Shown: positions 39,983-49,718 of the stretch, piece after piece
Layout of the letters: each line of letters opens with the position of its first letter
Numbering within the stretch: the first letter of the stretch is position 1
Notes under the pieces: generated by a model
Databases searched by the model: none
What the model was told of the DNA's origin: nothing
What the model saw: only the letters and a program-made list of their open reading frames with translations
Source: a virus
IMG/VR virus record: IMGVR_UViG_3300032116_000032
Location: 64,001 to 128,000 of that record
Length of the DNA: 64,000 bases
Direction: 5' to 3' (one strand)
Program-made: the position numbers and the translations under genes

Positions 39983-40227
39983 TGGCCCTTACATCCTCAG
40001 ATAAAAAAGAAATTGAAGTAATGATTAGAAAAGAGATCAAAGATTTCTTCAATTCTAACACTGCTAAACAATTTGAGGATAAGTTGATTGATAAAATCTC
40101 CAAAGAAATGCAAAAAGGAGGTCTTAAAAAAGACGTTAAAGAAATCGTCATAAAATCATTCCAAGAATACTTTCAGACCATGTATCAGCAAAGATATTAT
40201 TGGGAGTCAAAATTTAGAAGTGTGTGA
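39982..40227 (+). CDS. Hypothetical protein
   Basis: Coupled ORF. Confidence 0.55.
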   Translation: MALTSSDKKEIEVMIRKEIKDFFNSNTAKQFEDKLIDKISKEMQKGGLKKDVKEIVIKSFQEYFQTMYQQRYYWESKFRSV

Positions 40228-40997
40228 TGGAAGATATTTTTAACAAAATAAAGGAAAAGGTTAGTTATGGATTGGCAGATAATGCTGATGCAAAATATGA
40301 TACATTGAAAGCATTAAACAAAGCTTCATCAGAATTATCTGAAGAAAAACATTTTACCGATTTTTTGAAAGATAAAGAAGACTTGATGAAAGTTTATTTG
40401 TTGGTTAAAAACAAAAAATTGTCAAACAATCAAATAAAGAAAAAAATAAAAGAATATTTGAAAGATCCTGAGGAAATAACAAAATTCCTTGAATCGGTTT
40501 TAAATTCCAACAAGTCAAAAAAGAAAGAAGAATCTAAAGAGGCGATGGGAGCGGCATCCGCTGGTGGATACTCAATGCCATTATTCTCAACGACTAAAGG
40601 TGATATAGTTAAAGGTGTTAAGACTGTCAGAGAACAAGCCGAATATGACTTAAGTATTGAGGATGGTGATGGAGAAGTAACGAAAGCCGAAACAAAAGAA
40701 GCAACAAGTGTATCATCAAGTGGACAATATAATCAACCCTCAATTTGGGCAAAATCCATGAAGAAAAAAGATTTCAGAGGATATTCTAAGTCACAAATTC
40801 CTGGAGGAAAGTTTGTCCAAGTTAAGAAAAAATGTAAAAAATTCCCTTATTGTAATCAGGGGGATATAAAGGCATTGAAAATATTCGAAAACGAATCAGT
40901 GCAGAACGCAATAGACAGTGTCTCGAGTAGCTACGGGATTGATAAAAACTATATTTCAGAAATTGTCTTTCAGGAAATCAGACAAAGACAAAAGTAA
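40224..40997 (+). CDS. Hypothetical protein with a repeated E-A-x-x-x-x-S-x-G-x-Y-x-x-P motif and a C-terminal CKKFPYC motif
   Basis: EAMGAASAGGYSMP and EATSVSSSGQYNQP. Confidence 0.6.
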   Translation: MMEDIFNKIKEKVSYGLADNADAKYDTLKALNKASSELSEEKHFTDFLKDKEDLMKVYLLVKNKKLSNNQIKKKIKEYLKDPEEITKFLESVLNSNKSKKKEESKEAMGAASAGGYSMPLFSTTKGDIVKGVKTVREQAEYDLSIEDGDGEVTKAETKEATSVSSSGQYNQPSIWAKSMKKKDFRGYSKSQIPGGKFVQVKKKCKKFPYCNQGDIKALKIFENESVQNAIDSVSSSYGIDKNYISEIVFQEIRQRQK

Positions 40998-41021
40998 AGA
41001 TATTTATAAAGAAAAATAATT

Positions 41022-42581
41022 ATGAACACAAGACAATATATTAACTCAAGATTTGAAAAAATTATATCAGAAAACATTAATGAGAAAGCAGATGCTATCT
41101 TACAAAGATTGAATTATGATGAGGAGGCACCATTCAATCCTGCTGGTAAATCATTTGACTATGTACAAGAAGGTATGAAAGAAACTTGTGAACAATGTGG
41201 GTCTGAAATGAATGAAGGTGAATGTTCAGAATGTGGTTACCAAAATGAAGAGATTATGGAACTTGGCGGCATGGATGACGGACACCCGAAATATGGAAAG
41301 ATGAATTTTTCAAAACTTTCAAGAAAAGAAATTGAAAAAATTATGAAAGATATGGACAATATGGAAGATGACGATGAAGAAGAATTCGTAGATTATGATG
41401 ATATAGATTATGGTGATATGGATGATGATGAAGAAGAATATTATCCTGAACTGAGAATACCTCATGACATGCCATCATACAAAACTAAATATAGACATAG
41501 TGATGATGAAGACGATGAATGGGAAGAAGTAGATTTAGACACAGAAACTGATTGGGATCAATTAGAAGAAGATGAATGTACTGAGTGTGGTGATATGTAT
41601 GAAATTGAACTTGATGAAAAATTATATGGAAACCAAACAAAACTTGACAAAAACAAAAACGGTAGAATAGATAGAGAGGATTTCAAAATGTTAAGAAAAC
41701 AACAAGATGAGGAAGAAACTCTTTACGAAGTTGAATTTGAAAAAGATGAGTTTAAAGAAGAAAGTAAACCTGACTTTTTAGATTTAGACAAAGATGGTAA
41801 TAAAAAAGAATCTATGAAGTCTGCAGCTAAAAGTAAAAAAATGAAAGGAAAGGTTACTGAGTCTTTAATTTTTACTGAAAATGAGTTGATTTCACTTATT
41901 GAAAAAACAGTAAATGAAGAAAAAAAATTCAAAATGAGCGAGCCTAAAGGTTATCAAGAGTACGAAAAAGCACACAGAAAAGATAAGAAAGAAAATGAAG
42001 ATTATTTAAAGATGGTTGCTAAAAAAATGACTGATTACTTGAAAGGTATGTCTGACAAAGAGTCTAAATACGAAATGAAAGAAACACAAAAATTCCCAAC
42101 TGAAAATGGTGGTAAAAGAAAAAAATATACTCCATCTGAAGCTGTTGATGAATACATTGATGCATTCTCTTATCCTGGACAAACTAATTTAGTTTATGAT
42201 GAGATCAAACCTAATGATGAAAGAATTGAAAAATATCTGAAAGGTGACAGTACTACAGGAAATGCACAAGTTGATAAAGACGGAAAGGCTTTAGGTAATG
42301 TTGTACCAAGTGAAGTTGGTGAGAAATTCTTCAAAAACTATAAAGATAATCTTTATGGTCAAGAACAACAACAGGCTTCTTATAAGAGACAAACCCAACC
42401 TGTTGATCAGGCTGGTGAGGTAACTGAAAGAGGTTCTTTAAAATCTAAGAAAGGTAAAAAAACCGCACAAAGTGTTTTGAATAAAGTTGAGGAATCTGTT
42501 AATCAAAAAGAAAAACAAAAATTAACAGAAGAATTCCAAAGAATTCAAAATCTAATGGGCTATAACCAAAAGACTCAATAA
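41022..42581 (+). CDS. Acidic putative prohead core/internal head protein with Cys-pair and EF-hand-like motifs
   Basis: TATTTAT at 41001; CEQC/CSEC/CTEC; DKNKNGRIDRED; DLDKDGN; many (I/L/V)xE sites. Confidence 0.55.
   Translation: MNTRQYINSRFEKIISENINEKADAILQRLNYDEEAPFNPAGKSFDYVQEGMKETCEQCGSEMNEGECSECGYQNEEIMELGGMDDGHPKYGKMNFSKLSRKEIEKIMKDMDNMEDDDEEEFVDYDDIDYGDMDDDEEEYYPELRIPHDMPSYKTKYRHSDDEDDEWEEVDLDTETDWDQLEEDECTECGDMYEIELDEKLYGNQTKLDKNKNGRIDREDFKMLRKQQDEEETLYEVEFEKDEFKEESKPDFLDLDKDGNKKESMKSAAKSKKMKGKVTESLIFTENELISLIEKTVNEEKKFKMSEPKGYQEYEKAHRKDKKENEDYLKMVAKKMTDYLKGMSDKESKYEMKETQKFPTENGGKRKKYTPSEAVDEYIDAFSYPGQTNLVYDEIKPNDERIEKYLKGDSTTGNAQVDKDGKALGNVVPSEVGEKFFKNYKDNLYGQEQQQASYKRQTQPVDQAGEVTERGSLKSKKGKKTAQSVLNKVEESVNQKEKQKLTEEFQRIQNLMGYNQKTQ
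41369..41509 (+). repeat. 141-bp dispersed repeat, copy 1
   Basis: Identical to 52243-52395 except for a 12-bp tandem duplication in copy 2. Confidence 0.95.
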
Positions 42582-42628
42582 TTTACATTACTTAGTCTTA
42601 TCCTATAATTTTTTCATAGTTTTTTACT

Positions 42629-43096
42629 ATGGATAATTTTCTAAATTACATTACAAAAAATCTTGACCCTGAAGAGGTGGACATCTGGTTCAGGGTCAAT
42701 AATATAATTCCTGAAAAAATGGAATTGTATTATGACCTGTCTTATAGTCTATTCTTGTTAATCAAAAATACATATCTTGGAGATGAATCTGATAATGGTG
42801 AAACCACAGTAAAGATGAATGACACCGACAACAAAAAACACTTCAACTGGTGTTGGAAAAAAATCATAGATAACTTTGAAAGAGAAAGTATTTCATTTGA
42901 CATGGAAGGAGATCACTACGAGTATTTTTTTACACTATTCAATGAGATATATTACAGACAAAGCAAAGAAGCAATTAGAAATTCAATAGATGTATTTTTC
43001 AATGATCTTTTCAATAGAGAAAAGGCATTCACACAAGTCGATCTTGATTTAATCTTTAATATATACAAAACACTAGATAAAAATCTTAAGGTTTAA
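42629..43096 (+). CDS. Hypothetical protein
   Basis: ORF after a TTTACA...TATAAT-like element. Confidence 0.6.
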   Translation: MDNFLNYITKNLDPEEVDIWFRVNNIIPEKMELYYDLSYSLFLLIKNTYLGDESDNGETTVKMNDTDNKKHFNWCWKKIIDNFERESISFDMEGDHYEYFFTLFNEIYYRQSKEAIRNSIDVFFNDLFNREKAFTQVDLDLIFNIYKTLDKNLKV

Positions 43097-43159
43097 ACTT
43101 TACAATAGTTTATTTAGAACCTAATTTATGTGTAATAAACAATAATTTTTTAATTTCAA

Positions 43160-43330
43160 ATGGAAACTTTAGAAAAAATTAAAGAGCTTACTGAGCAACT
43201 AAGTGTTGACGTTAACAAATTCTTTAGCGGAAACAAAAGTGCTGGTACAAGAGCTAGAAAAACCTCACAAGATTTAAAGGCACTTTTACAACAATTAAGA
43301 GGTGAAATTTTAGAGGAGAAAAAAAAGTAA
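43160..43330 (+). CDS. Histone H1-like (Hc1-family) nucleoid protein, 56 aa, not in the ORF track
   Basis: METLEKIKELTEQLSVDVNKFFSGNKSAGTRARKTSQDLKALLQQLRGEILEEKKK; GNKxAGTRARK is the Hc1-like signature. Confidence 0.75.
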   Translation: METLEKIKELTEQLSVDVNKFFSGNKSAGTRARKTSQDLKALLQQLRGEILEEKKK

Positions 43331-43331
43331 T

Positions 43332-43526
43332 ATGAGGGAATTGGATATTTTGTGTCTTTTTATTTTTGTATTATCAATAATATTTGTTACTAATCAAATA
43401 TTTAAGATTTCTGCTGAAATATTAAGTGAAAATCCTCAGAAGATAATTTATCGAGGATTTGAAAAAATATCCAATTACTTCTTTGTATCCTACTTAATAA
43501 CTTATATTTTAATCAAATTTTTTTAA
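43332..43526 (+). CDS. Small two-TM membrane protein
   Basis: Two hydrophobic helices. Confidence 0.55.
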   Translation: MRELDILCLFIFVLSIIFVTNQIFKISAEILSENPQKIIYRGFEKISNYFFVSYLITYILIKFF

Positions 43527-43530
43527 AAAA

Positions 43531-43959
43531 ATGTATAACGAATTAAAAGACATATTTCAATTTTTAGTGTCAGTTAGAAAATTGAAAACATACTTGACAA
43601 TAGATATTGAATTTCCTGCTAATTGGAAAATACCTAAAAAATATGTGATAGAAGATAAGATTGTTGAGAACGAAAAATTAAATGATAATTTTAGATTTTT
43701 TTCATTTGTTACTGAATTTAACGAAGTAGAAATGAACCAAACAGTTTCTAATATAAAGAAAATAATTTCTTACAATAAAGAAATCGAAATGAAAGAGAAA
43801 TTGTTGAAACAAAAAATAGACGAATTAAAACGAATTTTTGAAAAAGAAAACTTAGACAATTTACAGTCATTAAAATTTGATATTTTAGAAGAAAAATTAG
43901 ATGATGGAGAAGAAATCGTTGACACGAGAGGAACAAATGGTGGATTGGTTGAACAGTGA
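43531..43959 (+). CDS. Hypothetical protein
   Basis: ORF in operon. Confidence 0.6.
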   Translation: MYNELKDIFQFLVSVRKLKTYLTIDIEFPANWKIPKKYVIEDKIVENEKLNDNFRFFSFVTEFNEVEMNQTVSNIKKIISYNKEIEMKEKLLKQKIDELKRIFEKENLDNLQSLKFDILEEKLDDGEEIVDTRGTNGGLVEQ

Positions 43960-44104
43960 AATTGAAAAAGATAAAATCGAATTAGATAAAGAAAAAAAAG
44001 ATCTAATAAATTCATTAAAATCAATAAAAAAAGAAGAAGTTTTACCAAAACAAGAAAAACTTAGTTTATGGAAGAAAATAAAGAAAGTGTTATTGGGGTC
44101 TTAG
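43901..44104 (+). CDS. Small coiled-coil hypothetical protein
   Basis: Overlaps both neighbours; ends in amphipathic SLWKKIKKVLLGS. Confidence 0.5.
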   Translation: MMEKKSLTREEQMVDWLNSEIEKDKIELDKEKKDLINSLKSIKKEEVLPKQEKLSLWKKIKKVLLGS

Positions 44105-44385
44105 AAAAACTGGCATTAGTCACTGATGGATTGCAAAATATTTTTCCTGATGGTAAAGTCATTTGTGTTTATGAATTAAATGACGAGGACTTCAAACAAG
44201 TACAAGAAAATTTTCGAAAAATAGATCACTCACACAAAAGATTTTCTATTGATATTTCAGGAATTGAACACGTATTTATTCACGAAAATTTTGAAAGATC
44301 TGAAATTAAAGAAGAAGTCAAAATAGAAGAACCAAAAAAACAAAGTTGGATTAGAAAAGTACTATCTAGTTTTAAAAGTAGTTGA
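44068..44385 (+). CDS. Hypothetical protein
   Basis: Ends in amphipathic SWIRKVLSSFKSS. Confidence 0.55.
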   Translation: MEENKESVIGVLEKLALVTDGLQNIFPDGKVICVYELNDEDFKQVQENFRKIDHSHKRFSIDISGIEHVFIHENFERSEIKEEVKIEEPKKQSWIRKVLSSFKSS

Positions 44386-45000
44386 TCTCCTATATAGGGA
44401 TTGTTTACTAATCCCTTTTTCAGATAAAATATCATACAAGTATTTTTTTTGTGCTTTGGAGGATTCAGAAACTATAATACAATCAATTCTTTGTTGAGAA
44501 ATTAAAAATTCATTAAGGTTATCTAAAAATCTTTTTGATTCGTTTTCATCCTTCAATGAAAACAATTTAACATCATCATCATTTTGTAAAACAACCTTAT
44601 TATTCAATCTTGAAATTAACTTTATTGAATTTTTTGGTAAGTAGTTTTTGATAAAAACATCCATAGTTATTTTTGTCTTTTTATCAACGTCGTAAATCTT
44701 TTCAGGTATTTTATATTTTACAACTTTAAGTATCTTATAGTCAGGATCATCCAAATCTACCAAAACCTGCCTACCCATCTCATCCCTAACAAACATCTTA
44801 TCAAAGTTATTATCCTTCTTTTCAAGAATAGACAATTCATAATCACAAGGTTTTGCATTTTCAACCTTAGTTTCAAAAATGACAGATTGATTTTCCTCAA
44901 TTAATTTATCGAAGAAAAGATTAGCCCTTTCTTTAGTTTTAAATTTGTTGATTATTTTTTTTCTTTCTTTATTTTTAAAGACAACAACTAAGTAGTTCAT
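44362..45000 (-). CDS. Hypothetical protein
   Basis: 212-aa ORF divergent from dnaJ. Confidence 0.65.
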   Translation of the reverse strand: MNYLVVVFKNKERKKIINKFKTKERANLFFDKLIEENQSVIFETKVENAKPCDYELSILEKKDNNFDKMFVRDEMGRQVLVDLDDPDYKILKVVKYKIPEKIYDVDKKTKITMDVFIKNYLPKNSIKLISRLNNKVVLQNDDDVKLFSLKDENESKRFLDNLNEFLISQQRIDCIIVSESSKAQKKYLYDILSEKGISKQSLYRRSTTFKTR

Positions 45001-45029
45001 AAATTAATAATAATATTTTCTTTTTATAA

Positions 45030-45947
45030 ATGAATAATGAAAATTTTTACCAAGTTTTGGGGGTCCAAGAAAATGCGACTCAAGATGAAATAAAGAAGGC
45101 ATACCGTAATTTGGCGAAAGAGAATCACCCTGATACAGGTGGTGATGAAGATAAGTTTAAAAAGATTTCGGTTGCTTACGATGTTTTAAGTGATGAATCT
45201 AAAAGAAGAGAATACGATACCAAAAGAAAAAATCCATTTGGTAATTATGATAACTATGAAGATATGTTCTCTAATATGTTTGGTGGTAGAAAACCAAGAC
45301 AAACCGTACACACTACAAACATTACAGTGAATGTTGGTGTTTTAGATTCATATAGGGCAAATAAACATTCTCTTTCATATAGAAGACAAACAATGTGCGA
45401 ACCATGTTCAGGCACTGGCGGCGATAAAAAAACTTGTGGGACTTGTAACGGTTCAGGTGTTGTAGTTAGACAAGTTGGATCAGGATTTTTTGTTCAAGTA
45501 GTACAGATGGCTTGTGATGGATGTGGAGGAATTGGAAGTATAACCATTAACCCATGTTTTATGTGTAGTGGAAGTGGATCAAAACCTGAAATAAAAAACT
45601 TGGACATATCTCTACCTCATGGAATAGATAATGGTCAGTTTTTAAGATTACAAGGAATGGGAGATTTTAAAAATGGAAACTATGGAGATCTTGTTGTTAG
45701 AGTTGATTTGAAACCACAGGATGGATTTGATAAGGTGGGTAATCATTTGGTATATAATGTTTTTATGACACTTGATGAACTTAAACAAGGAAGTTTTAAT
45801 GTCCCACATCCCGATGGTATGATGAATGTTAAGATGCCCAAAAAAGTTGATACATCACTACCATTGAGAGTCAAAGCAAAAGGATTTAGATTAGATACTG
45901 TTGGTGATTTGATGATCAACCAATATGTGAGATTTGATAGGGATTAA
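45030..45947 (+). CDS. dnaJ: DnaJ (Hsp40) co-chaperone
   Basis: J domain with HPD; four CxxCxGxG repeats; C-terminal domain ([19 protein letters not shown]...YGDLVV). Confidence 0.9.
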   Translation: MNNENFYQVLGVQENATQDEIKKAYRNLAKENHPDTGGDEDKFKKISVAYDVLSDESKRREYDTKRKNPFGNYDNYEDMFSNMFGGRKPRQTVHTTNITVNVGVLDSYRANKHSLSYRRQTMCEPCSGTGGDKKTCGTCNGSGVVVRQVGSGFFVQVVQMACDGCGGIGSITINPCFMCSGSGSKPEIKNLDISLPHGIDNGQFLRLQGMGDFKNGNYGDLVVRVDLKPQDGFDKVGNHLVYNVFMTLDELKQGSFNVPHPDGMMNVKMPKKVDTSLPLRVKAKGFRLDTVGDLMINQYVRFDRD

Positions 45948-46105
45948 AATAAAGATATAACATCTTTGACAAACGATACGATACCGTATATACCAAAAAA
46001 GAAAAATATCCCACCACCAATTAGAACAAATCTTTGAGTGTTCTGTACTTGTTTACTTTCTTCACAAGTTCTACATTTTACTTCTGTTGCTTTTTTCTCT
46101 TCCAT
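45944..46105 (-). CDS. Small CxxC + TM protein (53 aa), not in the ORF track
   Basis: [53 protein letters not shown]. Confidence 0.6.
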   Translation of the reverse strand: MEEKKATEVKCRTCEESKQVQNTQRFVLIGGGIFFFFGIYGIVSFVKDVISLF

Positions 46106-46112
46106 AAATTAA

Positions 46113-46619
46113 TTATAACACAATGGTTTTAATATGAAAATAGTTTTCCAACATTACTTTCTTTTGTTGGGGTTTGTTTTTGTTGAAGAATCTAAGATAA
46201 TTACCATCAAATGAATAAGTACTTGTTGGAATGACATAAACCCTGTCAGTAGACTTTTCAATTATAAATTCTAAATAATCAAAAACTTCTTCATCTTCAT
46301 TGTCCTCATCTCTATAAACAAACTTTAACCTATCACCCAATGAATGATCAGCAAATGATCTAATAATTTTTGGATATTTTAATTCTATAACTTGTGATAA
46401 AATGTCGTTAGGGACCGCAACTCTTTCGTGTGTTGAAGTATCAGAGTCAATAGAATCTAAAATTGATTGTCTTATGAAATCAAAATCTTTATTACCCTTT
46501 CTATCTATTGATTGATGACTTGAAGCATAGAATGAATTACCTCTTGGACTGATATATAATAAATCTTCCCTGTCGGCTTGCTCGGCAATAATTGATCTTA
46601 GAGTTTGAAGCATTTTCAT
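46113..46619 (-). CDS. Hypothetical protein with leader MKMLQTLRSIIAE
   Basis: Start reassigned to 46619, directly after the minus-strand TATTTAT at 46626-46632. The longer start would overlap the MTase gene. Confidence 0.6.
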   Translation of the reverse strand: MKMLQTLRSIIAEQADREDLLYISPRGNSFYASSHQSIDRKGNKDFDFIRQSILDSIDSDTSTHERVAVPNDILSQVIELKYPKIIRSFADHSLGDRLKFVYRDEDNEDEEVFDYLEFIIEKSTDRVYVIPTSTYSFDGNYLRFFNKNKPQQKKVMLENYFHIKTIVL

Positions 46620-46652
46620 ACTAGAATAAATATTTGAAAAATAAAAATACAA

Positions 46653-46683
46653 TTGATTAGTCATCTTGTTTTTACTATCTTTA
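46653..46683 (+). promoter_or_regulatory. Bacteroidota-type promoter variant upstream of the Dam-like MTase
   Basis: TTG-N20-TATCTTTA. Confidence 0.5.
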
Positions 46684-46687
46684 TTAC

Positions 46688-47527
46688 ATGTTAAGTTATA
46701 TCGGAGGTAAGAGTAAAATTGGTAAATGGATTGTTCCATTCTACGACAAAAACATGGAGGTCTATTTAGAGACTTTCGGAGGAATGTTTTGGTGTTTCTA
46801 TAATATGGATCTAAAACAATTCCCAAATCTAAATAAAGTTGTTTATAACGACTTTAACCCACTAAATTATAATCTATTCAAATGCGTCCAAAACCCAAAC
46901 GAGTTGTTAAGGGCGATAAATTCAATTGATTGTCAAAAACAAGGCGTGGATCTTACACCTGAAATATACAAACAACAATTTATCAGCTTTCAGGCTGAAG
47001 TTTTTAATGAAGGTTTCAGCGTAGAACCTGGCGATTATGAAGTTGCCGCTAAGTATGTCTATATTCTAACACAAGTTTTTAGTGGATCAAAACCTGAGAC
47101 ATCTAACTTCATTGACCTTAAAGGGAAATACAAATCAAAATATCTTACATTTAGAGATAAGTTATCTAAACCTGATTGGTTGGATCACTTTTTAAAAATT
47201 ACTGATGTTGAAAACATGGATTTCGCAGATGTAATCAATAAGTATGACTCACCATCAACTTACATTTATTTGGACCCACCGTATTGGAAAACGGAAAATT
47301 ACTACTCCAACCACGACTTTGATCGTCAAGATCATGAACGTTTGGCTAATGTTTTACACGGGGTTCAAGGTAAGTTTTCTTTATCTTACTATGACTTTGA
47401 ATTACTTCACGAATGGTTTCCCGAAGACCAATACACTTGGGTTAAAAAAGAGTTTGCTAAAGCTGCGGCTGCTAAGAAAGGTGAGAAACAAAATATGGGG
47501 GAAGAATTATTGATAATGAATTATTAA
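46688..47527 (+). CDS. DNA adenine methyltransferase, D12/Dam-like class
   Basis: YIGGKS, YLETFGG, YNDFN, IYLDPPY. Confidence 0.85.
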   Translation: MLSYIGGKSKIGKWIVPFYDKNMEVYLETFGGMFWCFYNMDLKQFPNLNKVVYNDFNPLNYNLFKCVQNPNELLRAINSIDCQKQGVDLTPEIYKQQFISFQAEVFNEGFSVEPGDYEVAAKYVYILTQVFSGSKPETSNFIDLKGKYKSKYLTFRDKLSKPDWLDHFLKITDVENMDFADVINKYDSPSTYIYLDPPYWKTENYYSNHDFDRQDHERLANVLHGVQGKFSLSYYDFELLHEWFPEDQYTWVKKEFAKAAAAKKGEKQNMGEELLIMNY

Positions 47528-47567
47528 TTTTTTACTGTTTACAAATATTTATTAAATAAAAAATATT

Positions 47568-48950
47568 ATGTCACTTAGGTTCACCAATCTATTAAGAGAT
47601 CTTATTGTTGAAAGTTCAAGATTTCAAGTATTATTCGATAAGTTCGTAAAACCAAAAGAAAGAGGTCAAAGAGGTATTATGCCTTTTGAAACTTTATTTG
47701 CACTTATCGCCGCTGACCCAACTACAAAGGTCCCTGACGGTATGGATATCGATAATGTTAAACCTGAACAGATGGAGAAGGTTAAAATTGGGAAATACGC
47801 TCAATGGTTACTAAAAAACTTTGTCACTCCTAAATTACCTGCTGATCACCCTTTAATGGTTTCAGATCCACAATCAGGTCAATATAAAGCGGCTTTAAAG
47901 GCATTCCAAGATCTTTTTATGGAAGACTTATATAAGGTTACAACAAACCTCCAAAAGTTTGAAAGATTTAAAAATAGATTACCTCAAGAGTATAGAGATA
48001 TTAACAAACTAACTCCTGAGACTTTATTTGATCAAGTTAAAGATTTCAGTTTAGAAAAAACCAAAGCGACTGCCGCTGAGAAAAAAGAAGCATCAACAAC
48101 ATATGCTCACCCTGGTGCTGACATCGTTTATAGAGGTCAAGATTGGACAGTTGCTAAAATATCAGACAAAGGTCCATTAGGTAAAGAAGCCGCATGTTTC
48201 TATGGTGGATCTCATAATGAAGGTAGAAGAGGAGAAACTACTTGGTGTACATCTTCACCTGGACTTTCTTGGTTTGATCGTTATATTGGTAAAGGACCAT
48301 TGTATGTTGTAATTCCAAACAAACCAACATCATTTAAATCTTACGGTAAAGAAGTTGGAGATGTTTCAGGTTTACCGGCAAACAGATACCAATTCCACTT
48401 CCCTGATAATCAGTATATGGATGCGGATGACAGACCAATCAATTTGATTGAATTCTTAAACACAAATGAAGAAGGACTAAAACAATTCTTCAAACCTGAG
48501 TTCATGAAGTCATTAGCCGGAGATAAAGGTGAAAAAGTTGTGATTGATTATCCAGGTGATTCGGCATCAAAATTCATTGCACTTTATGGTTTTGACGAAT
48601 TCTTTGCCACTCTTCCTCAGTCATTGAAAAGACTTACATTCAAAAACACATCAAGAGACAAAATTTCATTGAATATTCCAAACGACATTGGAAGGTTCAA
48701 ACAGTTGAACGCAATCAACTTTGTTGGATGTGTTGCAACTATACCTGAAGCAATTTGTCAATTACAAAATTTACAATATTTATCTTTAGTTAATAACCCA
48801 GACCTTCAAAAATTACCTGAATGTGTTGGGGATATGCAAAACCTTATGGTACTAAACCTTGGAGGATCCGATCCTAAGAAAGTTCTACCTGAATCTGTAT
48901 TCAGAAGAGCTGAAACAGACGAAGACTTCAACTTATTTACACACTCTTAA
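47568..48950 (+). CDS. Leucine-rich-repeat protein with N-terminal WCTSS domain
   Basis: IPNDIGRFKQLNAINF, IPEAICQLQNLQYLSLVNN, LPECVGDMQNLMVLNLGGS; TATTTAT at 47546. Confidence 0.7.
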   Translation: MSLRFTNLLRDLIVESSRFQVLFDKFVKPKERGQRGIMPFETLFALIAADPTTKVPDGMDIDNVKPEQMEKVKIGKYAQWLLKNFVTPKLPADHPLMVSDPQSGQYKAALKAFQDLFMEDLYKVTTNLQKFERFKNRLPQEYRDINKLTPETLFDQVKDFSLEKTKATAAEKKEASTTYAHPGADIVYRGQDWTVAKISDKGPLGKEAACFYGGSHNEGRRGETTWCTSSPGLSWFDRYIGKGPLYVVIPNKPTSFKSYGKEVGDVSGLPANRYQFHFPDNQYMDADDRPINLIEFLNTNEEGLKQFFKPEFMKSLAGDKGEKVVIDYPGDSASKFIALYGFDEFFATLPQSLKRLTFKNTSRDKISLNIPNDIGRFKQLNAINFVGCVATIPEAICQLQNLQYLSLVNNPDLQKLPECVGDMQNLMVLNLGGSDPKKVLPESVFRRAETDEDFNLFTHS

Positions 48951-48952
48951 AA

Positions 48953-49642
48953 ATGAATAGAAGATTAATAATTAATGAAGAAGAAAAAAGAAGAATTTTA
49001 AATCTTCATGAAAGTAGAAGATCTAAAGAATTAGGTTTTTTATTTGAAGACGATAATGCAAACAATGAAGTACTGCTTCAAGGTACGGATAAGGATTATG
49101 ATTATAAAAAAGTGGGAGATAAATATTATTTCAAGTTAAAGGATAACCCTACAAGTGTCGCGGCTAAAGGATACAAAACACAAGGAAAATTTGTAGATTG
49201 GACAGAAGCGACTAATCAAAAAGCTATAGATAAAATTTCACAACTACCTACATTATCAACAGTAGCACAATTTCAGGGACCTGGTGAAGTTGACGGAAGT
49301 GATGAGACATTTGACGCACCACAAACCGCATCTACAACGGCGCAAACACCTACAGTGGCGTCAACAACATCTACAACCGCAGCAACACCCACAAACGCAA
49401 CTACAACTACAAACGCAACAACACCAGCACCTACGTCAAAAAACCCTGATGTTTTAGCAGACTTAAAAACTGCATCACAAATCAGACAAGAATTTAGACA
49501 AGGTAATAGAGATAAAAACAAAGCGATGAGACAATACAATCAAATGGTTAATAAATATAACAAATTAAAAAGTAAAATGAGTCCACAAGATAATTCGGCT
49601 TATCTACAAGCAATTGGCCAATTGAAACAACAAATAGGATAA
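48953..49642 (+). CDS. Hypothetical protein with IINEEEKRRILNLHE leader and a Thr/Ala-rich linker
   Basis: Leader shared with other late genes; TTAQTPTVASTTSTTAATPT linker. Confidence 0.6.
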   Translation: MNRRLIINEEEKRRILNLHESRRSKELGFLFEDDNANNEVLLQGTDKDYDYKKVGDKYYFKLKDNPTSVAAKGYKTQGKFVDWTEATNQKAIDKISQLPTLSTVAQFQGPGEVDGSDETFDAPQTASTTAQTPTVASTTSTTAATPTNATTTTNATTPAPTSKNPDVLADLKTASQIRQEFRQGNRDKNKAMRQYNQMVNKYNKLKSKMSPQDNSAYLQAIGQLKQQIG

Positions 49643-49662
49643 TAAATAAATTACATTCTTTT

Positions 49663-49696
49663 AAAACCCCCCCTTCTTTTGATCGGGGGTTTTTTA
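49663..49696 (+). terminator. Intrinsic terminator
   Basis: AAAACCCCC...GGGGGTTTTTT. Confidence 0.65.
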
Positions 49697-49706
49697 TTTA
49701 ACAAAG

Positions 49707-49713
49707 TATTTAT
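49707..49713 (+). promoter_or_regulatory. TATTTAT putative late promoter of the MKIIITE cassette
   Basis: Follows a terminator and precedes the ATG by 5 nt. Confidence 0.65.
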
Positions 49714-49718
49714 CTTAT

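Noticed and set aside
46620-46826. Long N-terminal extension of the 46113-46826 ORF
   Set aside because: Overlaps the MTase gene antisense; TATTTAT and the leader point to a start at 46619.
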